DNA of 64,000 bases from Octopus sinensis (Eukaryota): NCBI RefSeq assembly GCF_006345805.1, contig NC_043001.1:56730001-56794000 (forward strand), written 5' to 3'. Within the stretch, counting starts at the first letter, position 1, and each line of letters opens with the position of its first letter. Below, piece after piece: positions 25,592-39,660 of this stretch. The position numbers and the translations under genes are program-made. The notes under the pieces were generated by a model that had not been told where the DNA came from, ran no database searches, and saw nothing but the letters and a program-made list of their open reading frames with translations.

Positions 25592-27260
25592 ATCTAATAT
25601 AATAAATGTGAATGTCAATGTGTCAGTGCGTCAAATTTTTTCAACTTTACTCCTAGAAGACGTAGCCCAATATATACTACCATTTTGGAATCAGGCTGAT
25701 TCCGTGAGTAAATTAAAAACATTCCGGATCGAATCCTGATCTACAATCCTGAAATTTTGGATTCCTATGTTTTCATTCCTGCGATTGTTTTTGGCGATTT
25801 TTTTTTTACATGAGTAAAAAAGAATATTGCTTTAAAATTTGGCACGAAGCTAGCAATTTCGGGGGCATGGCTAAGTCGGTTACATTGACCTCCGTGTTCT
25901 GCTAGTATCTGTTTGATCGAATTCTAAAGGATGGAAGGCAAAGTCGACCTTGGCGGAGTTTGAACTCAAAAGGTGAAGACAGACAAAATGCTACTAAGCA
26001 ATTTTGTCCGACATACTAACGATTCTGCCAGCTTGCCGTCTTACCAGTTCTGCTAAAGTTACAGTAAGTATGCTATTACTACTACTGGTGCTACCGCCAC
26101 TACTATTGATTATAATAATAATAATAATAATAATAATCCTGGTGTAGCTCTACTACTATTATTACTGTTGCTGTACTTTCATAACTACTGCGAGCAGTAG
26201 TACTAGAACGTAAAAACAGACGATATGCGATAAAGTATTTTGTCCCGCTCGTTAACGATTCTGCCAGCTCGCTGCCTTTCTGCTTTACTAATGTTGTAAA
26301 AGAAAATGCAGTGGGGCTGGTGGAATCGTTAATACGCCAGGCAAAAAGCTTAGCAAATGCCGCCGACGCCGACTTTGCCTTTCTTTCTTCGGACTCAATA
26401 AAATAAGTGGCACATGACTACTGGTGTCAATGTGATTGACTCCCTCCTCAAACCCGCTGGCCTTGTGCCAAAATCTGAAACCAATATTGTAAAAGAAAAG
26501 TGCAGTGAGCTGGCAGAATCGTTAGCACACAGGGCAAAATGCTTAACATCATTTCGTCTGTCTTTACGTTCTGAATTCAAATCCCCGCGAAACCGACCAC
26601 GCCTTTCATCCTTTCGAGGTCGATAAAAGAAGTACAAGTTGAGCATTGGAGTCGTTGTAATCGATTTACCCACTTCCTCGAAATTACTGGTCTTGTGACA
26701 ACATTTCAAAGCAGTATTGTAAAAAAAAGAGACAATGTGTCAAAGAACTTTTCGATTTTTCTATTAACATTTTTATTGACAAAGAACTGTTGTTATTACC
26801 ACTTCGAAGCTCTAAAGTAATATCACTTTTCCTTATACTCTGTTTTAAATCTCTGTTATTCTTTTCCTTGTCATACCTCACTGTCATATCAATTTGCACC
26901 ACGCAGTGAACCTTTACAAAATATTATCAAGACCCAGTGAACATAGAAGAACATTATTTACATTCTACACATAAATGACACAAAAAGAACTATTTCTTTC
27001 CTTGTTTTCACAAATATAACTTTCTCAATATATATTATTCCCTTTTCTTAAGTTAATGTTTACTGCTTTTCATATAACATGAAATGTTGTGTATTATGCT
27101 TTAAGTGTCCGTTTTTATATAACACATAGCTTGTGTATATTACATTGACTATAATTTTTACCTATAACACACAATCTGTTTTTATATTGCTTAGAATCTG
27201 TTTTTATGTTACGTTCCATAATTATTACCCATGCAGACCGGGCAATCTATACACTACAGA
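25592..27260 (+). mobile_element. Possible non-autonomous Helitron relic containing nested SINEs
   Basis: 5' A|TCTAATATAATAAATG (also at 24102) and a 3' GC hairpin cccatgcagaccggg near 27228. The terminal CTRR is unclear. Confidence 0.3.
25830..26710. mobile_element. Cluster of family A SINE copies and fragments on both strands
   Basis: Consensus matches at ~25830-26042 (-), 26205-26278 (-), 26305-26485 (+) and 26500-26710 (+). Confidence 0.75.
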
Positions 27261-28067
27261 CAGAAACATGTTACAACAGACTTTTCTATAAAATAGAAAT
27301 ATACTAACTGCATTCTATTCAAATCCAAGAAGCATTTTAAAATCTACAAACGTAAACACGATATAAAACAGCGGAGGCAGGACTCAAACCAGCTTACGAA
27401 CGCATTAACGCACAGAGCACGTGTTCGTCGAAATAATAAATTGCAATTTTAGAGGAATAATTAATTTTCGTAGTGCCGTTGTTGAACAAGCTGATATGGC
27501 ATGCCAGCATCTGAAACCGATGAATCATCTGATGTTTTGTAATTAATTTAAGCAGGAGGGGAAACTTTAACTGCTTATCTATCTGTAATAATCCTTGTTT
27601 ATAATCGTACCTTATCTTAGTGATTCAATCAAAACATATTTATCACACTTTGCTTTTTCTCAGTTTCTTTATCTTACAACTTATTCCATGGTCTCAGGCA
27701 ATATGATGTTAATTCATCAACAAGGAACCATCTGAAGCAGATGATGCATAAAGCACGCTAATGCACTTAAGTATATGTATGGATGTACACACGCATACAC
27801 GCACATATTTTTATCTTTTACTTGTATCAGTGATTAGACTGCAGCTATGCTGGGGTACTGCTTTGAAAGGTTTTAGTTGAATAAATCGACCACATTGCTA
27901 TTTCTTAAGACTGGTATTTATAATAAAAGTATTTTCGTCGAATCTGTAAGTCATGGGGACGTAAACAAACCAATACCAGCTGTCCAGTGATGGTGGAGGA
28001 GAAACACACATATACAGACAAAGATAATACATGACAGACTTTTTTCTCAACATATATTATTCCATTT

Positions 28068-28252
28068 TAAGGCAGCGAGCTGACAGAAACGTTACTGCAC
28101 CTGACAAAATGCTTTGCAGCATTTCTTCTGAGTTTGCGTTCAGACTTCAAATGCCCTCGGCTTCGATAAAATATGTACCACTTGAACACTGGGATCAATG
28201 TAATCGATGTATACCTCCCTCGAAATTGCTGGCGTTGTGCCAAAATTTGAAC
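28068..28252 (+). mobile_element. SINE family A, degenerate
   Basis: aggcagcgagctgacagaaacgtt... matches the family head. Confidence 0.7.
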
Positions 28253-28492
28253 TTCAATAGAAATTTTCCCCTTTTCTTAAATTAATGTTTTCTGCTTTTC
28301 CTATCATTTTGATAACACATGAAATGGTTTGTCTTATATTCTAAACTTCTCTTTTTATACATTATTTACAATGAATGGACTGTACTTTCTAGCTTTTATG
28401 AGTTCTAGAGGAGTTTCGAACCCAGCCCTTTATTCCTAAGGTATTCTTTTTTGCTGATGTTACTTTTTTTCTGTTGATATTATTTCCCAAAT

Positions 28493-28562
28493 CCCTGCCT
28501 GGGATTGAACTCAGAATCCGAGGGTTAGCAGCTCACGCTCTTATCCACTACGCTATATGCCC
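28493..28562 (-). mobile_element. tRNA-like SINE head or tRNA pseudogene
   Basis: Minus strand gggcatatagcgtagtggataagagcg...gagttcaatcccaggcaggg has A and B boxes, but the acceptor stem does not pair. Confidence 0.6.
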
Positions 28563-28689
28563 GTAGAGTAAATTTTGTAGCTTATAAACGTAATATTTCA
28601 TATTTTCTTAATACCAGTTCCCATATTACATTTACATCTGCACTAGGTCTGCTTAGGAGATTATTGTGTCCTAGCATATGTACTGGCTC

Positions 28690-30400
28690 TTTTAATATTC
28701 GTATTTTCCAGTGGTTGTCTCTGTCTATTATTTAAACTTCACTCCGCAGAGGGAGGTGGTCTCTGTTTTCCCCATACATGAGCGGCTATACCCGATTTTG
28801 CAGCATCCTCTCGCTTCACAGCTTTACGATGTTCCTCTACCCTTATTTTAAGGAGGAGGTATGTTTCGCTTTTGTATAACCTACTGCAAATGCATGGGTT
28901 GGAGTACACGCAGCATTTGGTCATATTTTCTTCTATGGGTGGATTTACTCAGAGGAGGTATTTGCAAAGTGTCGTATTACTTCCGAATATTGTCCTAGAG
29001 GCCTTTGACATGGGTAGACAGACTGCGGTCAGTTTATGGGTTTTATCCCGTTTCGTATTCCTAATTGGAGTAGATAGTATGTTTTCTGGATAGTTGTTGC
29101 ATAATAGGTTGTTTCTTAGCCTGATAATTTCTTCCTAGTGTGTGACAGGATCGCTACTTATAGTCTTTGCTCGATGTTTTAGGCACTGAGCAATCCTTGT
29201 ATGGATGGTGGGAATTGAAGTTGAGGTATTGTCCAGTGAAGGTTGGCTTACGATATACGAATGTCCTGAACCCATACTCAGTGCGTGTTATTAATACATC
29301 CAGGAATGCCAGTGTTGGGTCTGTTGTCAGTACTTCATTGGCATGAAGTAATCTTTGTTCTTGATTAAGATCTGTGACAACTTCCTCTCTGTTTTCAGAG
29401 TTGGATCTTTTTTTATTTTGCTGTAGCTTTCTTCAATTATGAGACTTGCTAATTTTACCGAGTATTCAGACTTGTTCATTCGCCGGAAATATGGTGGAAC
29501 TGTCACTCTGTAATGTTTTGATAGCGAATTTTTCTCCCTAGAGATGTTTGGTTTGGGAAGTTTCCTTTTCTTTAGTACCTTCTCAACAGGGGCTAGGCTA
29601 TTATGTCCAAGTATAAGGCGGCGAGCTGGCAGAAACGTTAGCACACCGGGCGAAATGCGTAGCCGTATTTCGTCTGCCGTTACTTTCTGAGTTCAAATTC
29701 TGCAGAGGTCGACATTGCCTTTCATCCTTTCGGGGTCGATAAATTAAGTACCAGTTACGCACTGGGGTCGATGTAATCGACTTAATCCGTTTGACTGTCT
29801 TTGTTTGTCCCCTCAGTGTTTAGCCCCTTGTGGGTAGTAAAAAAATATACATTATGTCCAAGTATGGAATGCGCTTGATGGTTGTCGCAAAGTTGAAACC
29901 TTTGTTTAGTACTGCTTCTTCAGAGTTGTCCAGATGTCGCCTACTTACGTTAATTACTGCTTTCACAGGTAGGTGATGGACTTTGGTCTTCATTCTCTGA
30001 ATATTGAGCTTCATAAGCTTCTTTACCTGGCGTGTCTTCACCTTCTCAAATTCTTTCTTGCACGACTTTTCTAGATCTTGTTGGATTCTCTCTCTACCAT
30101 CCTCTCTGGTTATTCTCCCAAATAATGAAGACAATCTGTCTCTGATTTCGTTATTTAGTTGATGTTTTTCCAATGGTTATAATGGATCCTCTCATGGGCG
30201 AGGGCGTGCCCTGTTTTTTCCGCTACTCTCCGAGCATTATTTGAATTCACTGATGTCATTACAGTCAGTCCAGGTGACATTAGCTTTGAGTCTCTACATC
30301 TACACAGAAACGTTAGATGGCTTGAAAGACCATCTAGTTTCTAATAGAGTTTCTCAGTATGTCTCCATTGAAGTCTAATGTTGACTCCGTACCGATTAGT
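28690..30400 (-). mobile_element. Penelope/Poseidon-type PLE, internally deleted and interrupted by a SINE
   Basis: N-terminal VINVSRRHLDNSEEAVLNKGFNFA..IPYLDI; KKDPTLK; RT end LAFLDVLITR..FRTFVYRKPTFTGQYLNFNSHHP; GIY-YIG CVYSNPCICSRLY..ET..L..RVEEH..SGIAAHVW. The RT core is missing. Confidence 0.88.
29615..29850 (+). mobile_element. Young full-length family A SINE with a perfect 15-bp TSD
   Basis: attatgtccaagtat occurs at 29600-29614 and 29851-29865. Confidence 0.95.
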
Positions 30401-31021
30401 ATTCTATTCTTATATAACACGACTAGTTGTGTATATTACATGTAACTAAATATATATGATGGACTTCTTCCAGTTTCTGTTTACTAAATCCACTTAAAAC
30501 TCTTTGGTCGACCTCGGTCTATGGCAGAGGACACTTATCAAAGGTGCCTCGCATTGGGAACGAAGCAGACAGATTGTGATTGGGAAGCAACTTCTTACCA
30601 CACAGCCATGCCTGCGCCTAGTGACTTCATCTACATTAATATGAAGAAATAATAATAAAAATAAGCATTTATAACATTTAAAAAAAAAGACTAAAACTTC
30701 AGTCTTTTTGGATCTCGTCCAGTATTCGCGTCATTAAATCCATACCTGTTGTCAAAGGCAGTTTGACAAATAGTTTACATTTCAGCTGATATTAAGAATA
30801 AATCATCCAGCGTTATAAAGCATGAATCTTAGTTGTTTTCGATGAATATTTCATAACGCAGAGTAGGACAATTTGATTAATTTATATGCTTTATGGAGGG
30901 TTATGCAATTTTTCAGGGAGACGTGTTTCTAGGTTTACCAACTGGAAAAATTTATTCCACGATATATTTTACAAGACTGTTAAAACACACGCACACACAC
31001 ACACACACACACATACACACA

Positions 31022-31059
<38 letters not shown>

Positions 31060-31099
31060 ACACACACATTATTATTCATATATTATATTCATTAGTCTA

Positions 31100-31425
31100 A
31101 ACTACATGATATGTTATTGGCACTCCGTCAGTTACGACGACGAGAGTTCCAGTTGATCCGATCAACAGAACAGCCTGTTCGTGAAATTAATGTGCAAGTG
31201 GCTGAACACTCCACAGACAAGTGTATCCTTATTGTAGTTCTTTGGGGGATTCAGCGTGACAAGCCTGTTTCTTTAAAATACAGGTACAACTAATCTCTGT
31301 CAGGTGAGTAGACTTGAGCAACATGAAATAAAGTATCTCTCTCAAGGACAGAACGCGTCGCTGGGAATTTAACTCACAACTTAGGACCGTGAGCCAAATA
31401 TCCCTAACCACTAAGCCACGCGCAT
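31100..31425 (-). mobile_element. tRNA-derived SINE family C
   Basis: Minus-strand head gcgcgtggcttagtggttaggg..., related to the copy at 63061. Confidence 0.7.
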
Positions 31426-32039
31426 TCACTACACACGATATGTATACTAGACATATAAACGTAAGCATGACATACACACAGATGTGTGTGTGTGCGCGTC
31501 TGTGTATGGTCGTTAGAAACCTTTCTTTTCGTACGAGTTAGTATGCAGTTTCACTTACGTTTTTAAAGATTCGTATTGTACACGGGTCGTTTCTGTTCTC
31601 ATTTGTAGCTCTTTTTGAGAAAATAATGAATTCTTACTAGTTTAGCCACAAAACTGAGTTTATTGCTAAATTAATTTTATGTAAATTAAAAATATACATA
31701 CATCTAATGCATGTAATGTGTAAGATGTTTGAGAGACATAAGGCATAGACAAATATTAACTTCAAGAGAAACAAATCATTTGAGAACAACTAGATACTCT
31801 TCAAATGGATTCGAACTTACAATTAGGCAGATCAATGCTGAAACTATTCATCTGCCACTATCTTCCCATTATGAGATAGAAATCCACTCACAAGACAAGG
31901 TGTTTGTTGACCCGCTGTTATAGTAGAAGAAACCTGCTCGAGGCGTCACGCAGTGGAGCTGATACAGAAACCATATAGATAAAGACCACTTCGATCATGA
32001 GTAGCCATGATATATACATATATATATATATATATATAA

Positions 32040-32442
32040 TTCTTTTATTTGTTTCAGCCATCTAACTGTGGCCATGCTGGACCACCGCTTTTAGTCGAAC
32101 AAATCGACCCCAGACTTATTCTTTGTAAGCCTAATACTTATCCTATCGGACTCTTTTGCTGAACTGCTAAGTTACGGGAACGTAAGCACACCAAGACACC
32201 AACATCGGTTGTTAAGTGATGGTGAGGGGGGAAAGACAAACACACACACACACACACATATACATTTATGTATATATATACGACGGGCTTCTTTCAGTTT
32301 CCGTCTACGAAACTCTATTCACAAGGATTTGGTCGGCCCGAAGCTATAGTAGAAGACACTTGCTCAAGGTGCCACGCAGTGGAACTGAACCCATAACCAT
32401 GTAGTTTGTAAGCAAGCTATTTACCACGCACCCACTCCTGCA
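32040..32442 (-). mobile_element. SINE family B
   Basis: Matches the family B consensus. Confidence 0.85.
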
Positions 32443-32469
32443 CATATAGCTACTTACAACACATCCACT

Positions 32470-32581
<112 letters not shown>

Positions 32582-32596
32582 TGTGTGTGTGTGTGT

Positions 32597-33042
32597 TGAG
32601 ATAACCGTTCAGCGATTATCTTCCTGAACAGCTTGTAAATGAATGAGCAGAAGCCAAGAGGACAGGTTGGGTTCAGAAAGAAGTACAGCACTATAGGTCA
32701 TATGTTTGCTCTAACGCAGTCGTTGGAACAAGCGAGACAGTTGCTTTTGTGCGTTGCATTCATTGATTACAGAAAAGCCTTCGACAGCATCGAAATCAAC
32801 GCAAAACTGCAAGCTCACAGGAAACAAGACGCAAAGTTCTAAGGCAATCGACGGACCCGTCAATTGTCGAAAGGTATCCGCGCGAACGGAAGAGACCACT
32901 CGGAAGACCTCCAGTCAGGTGAGAAGATGGAAAGATTATTTAAGAAAAATGTTTGGAACAACATGGAAGAGCACGTGGGGAAAGGAGCAAATACTGTGGC
33001 TAGCGGAGCCGTCTCGGCCCCTGACAGTCTGGCCGATCCAGG

Positions 33043-33045
<3 letters not shown>
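32597..33045 (+). pseudogene. Internally deleted RTE LINE (RT N-terminal motifs joined to the 3' end) with (CA)n tail
   Basis: EQKPRGQVGFRKKYSTIGHMFAL..LCVAFIDYRKAFDSIE, then YPRERKRPLGRPP. Confidence 0.8.
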
Positions 33046-33080
<35 letters not shown>

Positions 33081-33414
33081 TCACTCACATAGAAAACAGG
33101 TACTCTTCACAGATAGAGATTTAAAACAAAATACATGCAATGGATTCGAACGTATGACTTACAAGTTGGCAGATCAACGTTGAATCTGTTTATCCTGCCA
33201 CTATCTTCCCATTAAACGACTTGGTTAATAAATAATTCAGGTAACATTAATGCAACGTATAGCCAGTTGTTTGACCAGAGCGATTGAAGTGTCAAAACAA
33301 CAGGGGAGAATATTCATCACAGCATTAGGCGTATACTCGTATATCAACAGGACTGGCTGAAACCAACGCCGGTGTACAGTTATGGCGTTTTAAAATATGT
33401 ATAACTGCCGCTGT

Positions 33415-33723
33415 TATTTACATACATGTATTTGTATTGCTCTCTCCATTTCTCACTTTCCCTCTTTCACTCTCAACATATGCACATGCTTGCATATGTG
33501 GGTTGTGTGTGAGTGTGTGAGTGTGTGTGTGTGTGTATGCATGAATATATGTATATATAGATAGATAGCTACAAATAAATATACAGACATGTTTGCATAT
33601 ATATATGTATATGCATATATAATAGTATGCATACACACACACATATATATTCATATCCACACATATATGTATCTAGGTATAGTGCTAAATCTATCTTCCG
33701 TTTCCTTCATCAATTATATATAT

Positions 33724-33804
<81 letters not shown>

Positions 33805-34317
33805 TACATACATATATGCATACATACCGACACATACCGATACGTGCATGCGTATGGGTGGAATATACCTCTATGTATAACTGAATTTACAATCGTACAC
33901 ACGTGTTTATACATATAGATATATATATATATGTGCATGCATATACATTCACATTGCGTGTCTGCATGGACACCGAGAGGTTGAACGGGAGTAAATTTAG
34001 AGATCAATTCATTAAGCAAAGATATGTTTATAGGAATTCACATGTTTGTATACATATATAATATCGTGTTTCATTACTTGCCTGCTTCGTACGTCCCTAT
34101 ATCCTTGTGTTCATGGCACTATGGTAGACAAATGACATGTATACATACATAGTTACGTGCGCAAACTATATGTGTGAGTGTACGTATGTATGTGTATATG
34201 TATTTGCATATATATATGCATATATGCATATACTTATATGCATATTGCATGTATATTAATATATATATACATCCATCCATCCATACATGCATGCATACAT
34301 ATATTATATATATATAT

Positions 34318-34361
<44 letters not shown>

Positions 34362-34921
34362 ACATATATATATATATGTATATATATAAATAAAATGTGG
34401 GAGACAAGGAGAATGAGATGGCAGGGACAAAGAGAGATAAGACAAACATACATACATATGTGAGTGTGTCTATGCTTCTATATATTAATATGTGAGTGAG
34501 AGAAAAGGAGGTACTAGAGCATAGTTAAGTGAAAGAAATGATTCACTATCATGAACCATTAGTTGATATTAGGTAATTTATGATCCGGAAATGGAATTCT
34601 GTGATTCCCTGTTAATGTTGATGGCAGCATTATTGGTTTTGGTAGCATTCAAAGTAGACATTGTTATTGACTACATGTTCATCCATAACTTCAATAATAT
34701 ATACATTTGATCATTTTTTACATTGTCCTTTACCAACGATAATGGCTGTACACATGCAAGCTTTTTACATTATGGGCATTATATGTGCATGGATATATGT
34801 GTGTGTGTGTACGTACATATATGTACGTGTATAGATTTATTTATATATATATTTATGCATGTATATATGTACAAATGTATACAAACACACACACTTAAAC
34901 ATATATATATATATATATGTG

Positions 34922-34960
<39 letters not shown>

Positions 34961-34980
34961 ATACATATACACACACACAC

Positions 34981-35054
<74 letters not shown>

Positions 35055-35145
35055 ATATATATATGTATATATATACATACATACATACAGGAAGCTGCAC
35101 AGAAAATTATGTCCGTTTATATATACTTATATATACATATATATG

Positions 35146-35228
<83 letters not shown>

Positions 35229-35900
35229 ATGTATATTATATATACACACATATATATATTATATATATATACACTATTATATATACATATATGTGAAAAA
35301 TATATGATATATATAATCAATATACATATATAATGAACACATAAACACACCACAAACGCAGACACACTCACACACACACACACACACACACACGCTTATA
35401 TTCTTGAAATATTTGTCTCTTCTTGTGCATCGTTTTACGTGTCTGATTCGCGTGCGGGTGTCTATGTGTCTGTTTAATAATGAAAATACAGAGAATTAAT
35501 AAATAAATAAAAATACGTGTCATATTAAATATATCCATTCTACTTACATATTCTGCAATATGTGTGCGTGTTTGTGTGTCTGCATATATGTGTATTTGTG
35601 TATATATGCATGTAGATATACATATAATACACACACACAAACACACACGCAAAAACACACTCGTACATATATATACATACACATATACATATGCATATGT
35701 ATATTTGTACATGTATATTCAAATATATACTAACATATATGCAAATATATATATATATGTATACTGTTTATGTATGTTTATATGAAAGTGTGCTTCACAT
35801 ACACATACATATATACTTGCACACACACATATGCGTATATGGATGTACATATTTACGTGTGTGTGTGTTTACAAATGCTTATGTAGTCTTCGAAGAGATA
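33415..35900. repeat. Extended compound (TA)n/(CA)n/(TACA)n microsatellite field
   Basis: Visible directly; it accounts for the many YIYI ORFs. Confidence 0.95.
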
Positions 35901-36578
35901 TATTGGTGCATTTACTATGTTTCCTGAATGTACAATATAAGCAGTGAGTTAGTTTTATCCTTAATGGATTCTTATTAATTTTTCGTATAGATTCAAAGAT
36001 CGGACATTGTCTGTCTGCGAAGACTATTTTTCACTGTTTCTCTGTTTGTTTCTCGTCTCGAAGTAACTTCCTTTGTTGAAGAAATGATATCTAATAATTA
36101 TTGTTATTCTTCATCTTATTTACTTCAGGGGACAATGTTACAGCTCCGTGCTGCGTCAATATCTTTGATTAACAATATTTCACTCACTAGACCATTTTGG
36201 TTATATTTCGTGTAGTTACATGCCTGTTATATTTTGCAGATAACTGCATTCTTGTGCGTAAAAGCAAATGTAGTTGGTAAACATAATATGTATTTAAAAG
36301 TTTCATCTCTACACTGCAGCTATTAGTGGGCTAAGCCTAAAATGGTTTTGGTCGATTATGTATTGGTCTCGCCACTTCGATTGGTGCTAAAATTATCAAC
36401 GTCGAAATGGTGAAACACCTGCCAACTTTGCTGTAAAAAGAGTGAATATGCGCAAAGGAACTTAAAGGGACTGGGTCGAAAACGAGAAATGATTTATTTT
36501 TTTCTGTCAAAGTATCGATTATATTGTTTCTCGTTGTAATACATCTACATACATGCATACACATCTATCTATTTATAT

Positions 36579-36639
<61 letters not shown>

Positions 36640-36821
36640 CATAATTCATGCATACATATATACATACATATAGTTGTGTGTGTGTGTGTGTTTAAGTAAA
36701 TGTAAGATCCAAGGATCGAGGTGTAGGAAGAAAGTTAGCCTCAAGCAATCCGTAGTAAAAATATAAAACTTTCAGGGACACTAAGGGTTTATTGAGACGG
36801 TGTATTTTCTAATTTTTCTCA

Positions 36822-37480
<659 letters not shown>

Positions 37481-38669
37481 CAAAGGGCACTATTCAGCAC
37501 AGGTATTGTTGGAAATGAGAGTCAAAAACAACACATAGACAAAGAAAGCATAGCCAGATCACCAGTGATTTCGCATTTGATTAATACTAGTCAGTTGCAC
37601 TTACCCGGCATTATGAGTTTCGTTTTTACTCTCATTTCTAGCAATACTGGTGTTGACTAGTGCCCTTAGTCAGATTAGTGACGTCTATGTTTCTGCCTTT
37701 CGTTTGTAGATAGCGAATAAGCTACCTTTCACTATATATAATTTTTCCTTTCACCATTTATGAAAACAGCGTACGATTTCTACGGTAGTCTTATAAACTG
37801 ACAAAGCGAGCAAACTTAACCCAGCTAATACGCATTTAACTAACATAATGCATTGCAAATATAGACTCTTTTCTAAACTTTGAACAACTAAAACTTATGG
37901 TGGAAAGAATTCAATAAAAATAGAGACAAATGCGCCGGCGCGCTCACACACATATCCAACGACATTCTCCATTGTTTTTGTATACTAAAAACACGTTATT
38001 AGTAAACACAAAGCTGTAACAGAAGTTAATTGTTAAATGTGCAATAAAATTTAACTGCACCTAGAAACTTTTGAAACAAGCATCTTACCGATACAACAAT
38101 TTCTGCGTCAATGCATGCAATTATAGCTTTTTATTCAGTCACATAAATTATATACGCTGATTAGAGCGATAAACCTGTATTCTTATGTTTAATGGCCATT
38201 TAGTCTTCATTCTTAAAGATTTGAATACTTCGATAGACTTATAAATCATATATTTAACGTTTAAACTATTTTTCGCTGATGAGGCGTGATAAGACCAAAA
38301 CATGCTTGGTGCTCTCAGTGTACTTTGAAACATGAGACCTGCCCATGACAGCATTCTAATTTCAATTGCTTGTGATAAATTTAGATTTCGTAGTCGTTTC
38401 TTCTACATTTTTTGAGAATTAAGTGATTTTTTTTCTCTTCACTATATGTACCAATTTAATTAATCAAAATATCTTGGCATATTTACATAAAGTATGTTAG
38501 TAAGCATATATTACGTAAAATAGTCGGAAACTAGTCTTAAAGAAGAAAGAAAAACATAACCTGTAAAGAACCAGAATCACGAGCAACCTTATACACAGAC
38601 GCATAGATACATACATACATACATACATGCATACATACATACATACACACATACATACATACATACTGG

Positions 38670-39660
38670 GAACTTTCACAGAAACAATGATGTTGACAGG
38701 CTCTACCTAAGGAGAAATGAAGGTGGTAGAAGCCTGAGATCAGTGCAGACGGCCTACTAATGCTGCATGCTATCATTCAAGCAGCACCTGTTAAACAACA
38801 GCAGCAAAAATAAATATAATAATGCAGTCCTGAAAAGTGAAGTGAGCAACATTGTACGAGTTGGGAGTGAACTCCCCAAAAAACACTCTCTTCCTTATGA
38901 TCTGCTATATAGCCCCAAACAGCTTGGCTGTCTTACCTCAGAGAAGACATGGATGGAAAGCACTTATCATACAAAAAAAGTCTCTGCATGGGTGGTTTGC
39001 CTGGAAGCTAGAAGACAGTAGAATTGGCACGAAGCGCAGCCTCTCTTGGACACAAGTCTACTACATCACATCGCACTTTGAAGGCTATGCGTTTGCAATC
39101 CAGGAACAGGAGATTGCCACAATGTACAGACGGGACATTGTCGTTTGAGATAGAGGGCCCTCATTCCATTCTATTCTAAAAGTGACACATGCCACTTTTA
39201 ATCTTGTCATTAGTATTATATCACATCTGTAAATACTCTTCTAATGATCTTCTCAGTGTTCATACTTCAGAACTGCAAGAATTAGGAATTTCCCCCTTTT
39301 GCTGTTTAACGTTAAGTCTAACCTGATAGAGCTGGCTTTTAAATACAGTATTTCATCACAGAGGTTATCTGTCCTGCAGATATAAATGTCACTTTGAAAA
39401 TCAAGGAAAGAGAGGATATCTATGGACAACTGATTTGAAACCTCCAGCTTCTATATATAGACTATGAATTCTTATTCATATCAATAGTAATTGGAGTACT
39501 AGGTTTTGTAAGTAAATGCTTAAAGGAGAATCTGGATAAACTAGGATTTTCAGAAAGAGAAATTAACCGGCTGATTCGTGCATTACAAGTTCAATCTGTG
39601 AGTGAAACAGTAAAAATATGCAAGACTTTTGTCAAGTTCCAAATGTGAATTTGTCTGTGT
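38670..39660 (+). pseudogene. Decayed R4/Hero-type LINE 3' part with an internal templated insertion
   Basis: DVDRLYLRRNEGGR; ITSHFEGYAFAIQEQEIAT; EVICPADINV..EDIYGQL..IVIGVLGFV. Confidence 0.75.
39157..39355 (+). repeat. ~200-bp direct copy of 40275-40489
   Basis: gccctcattccattct...aaatacagtatttca is present at both sites with few differences. Confidence 0.9.

Noticed and set aside
28493-28562. Functional tRNA (GCT anticodon loop)
   Set aside because: The acceptor stem does not pair and there is no Ser variable arm; it looks like a SINE head.
33415-35930. Many YIYI/CVCV ORFs (also elsewhere in the window)
   Set aside because: These are translations of microsatellites.
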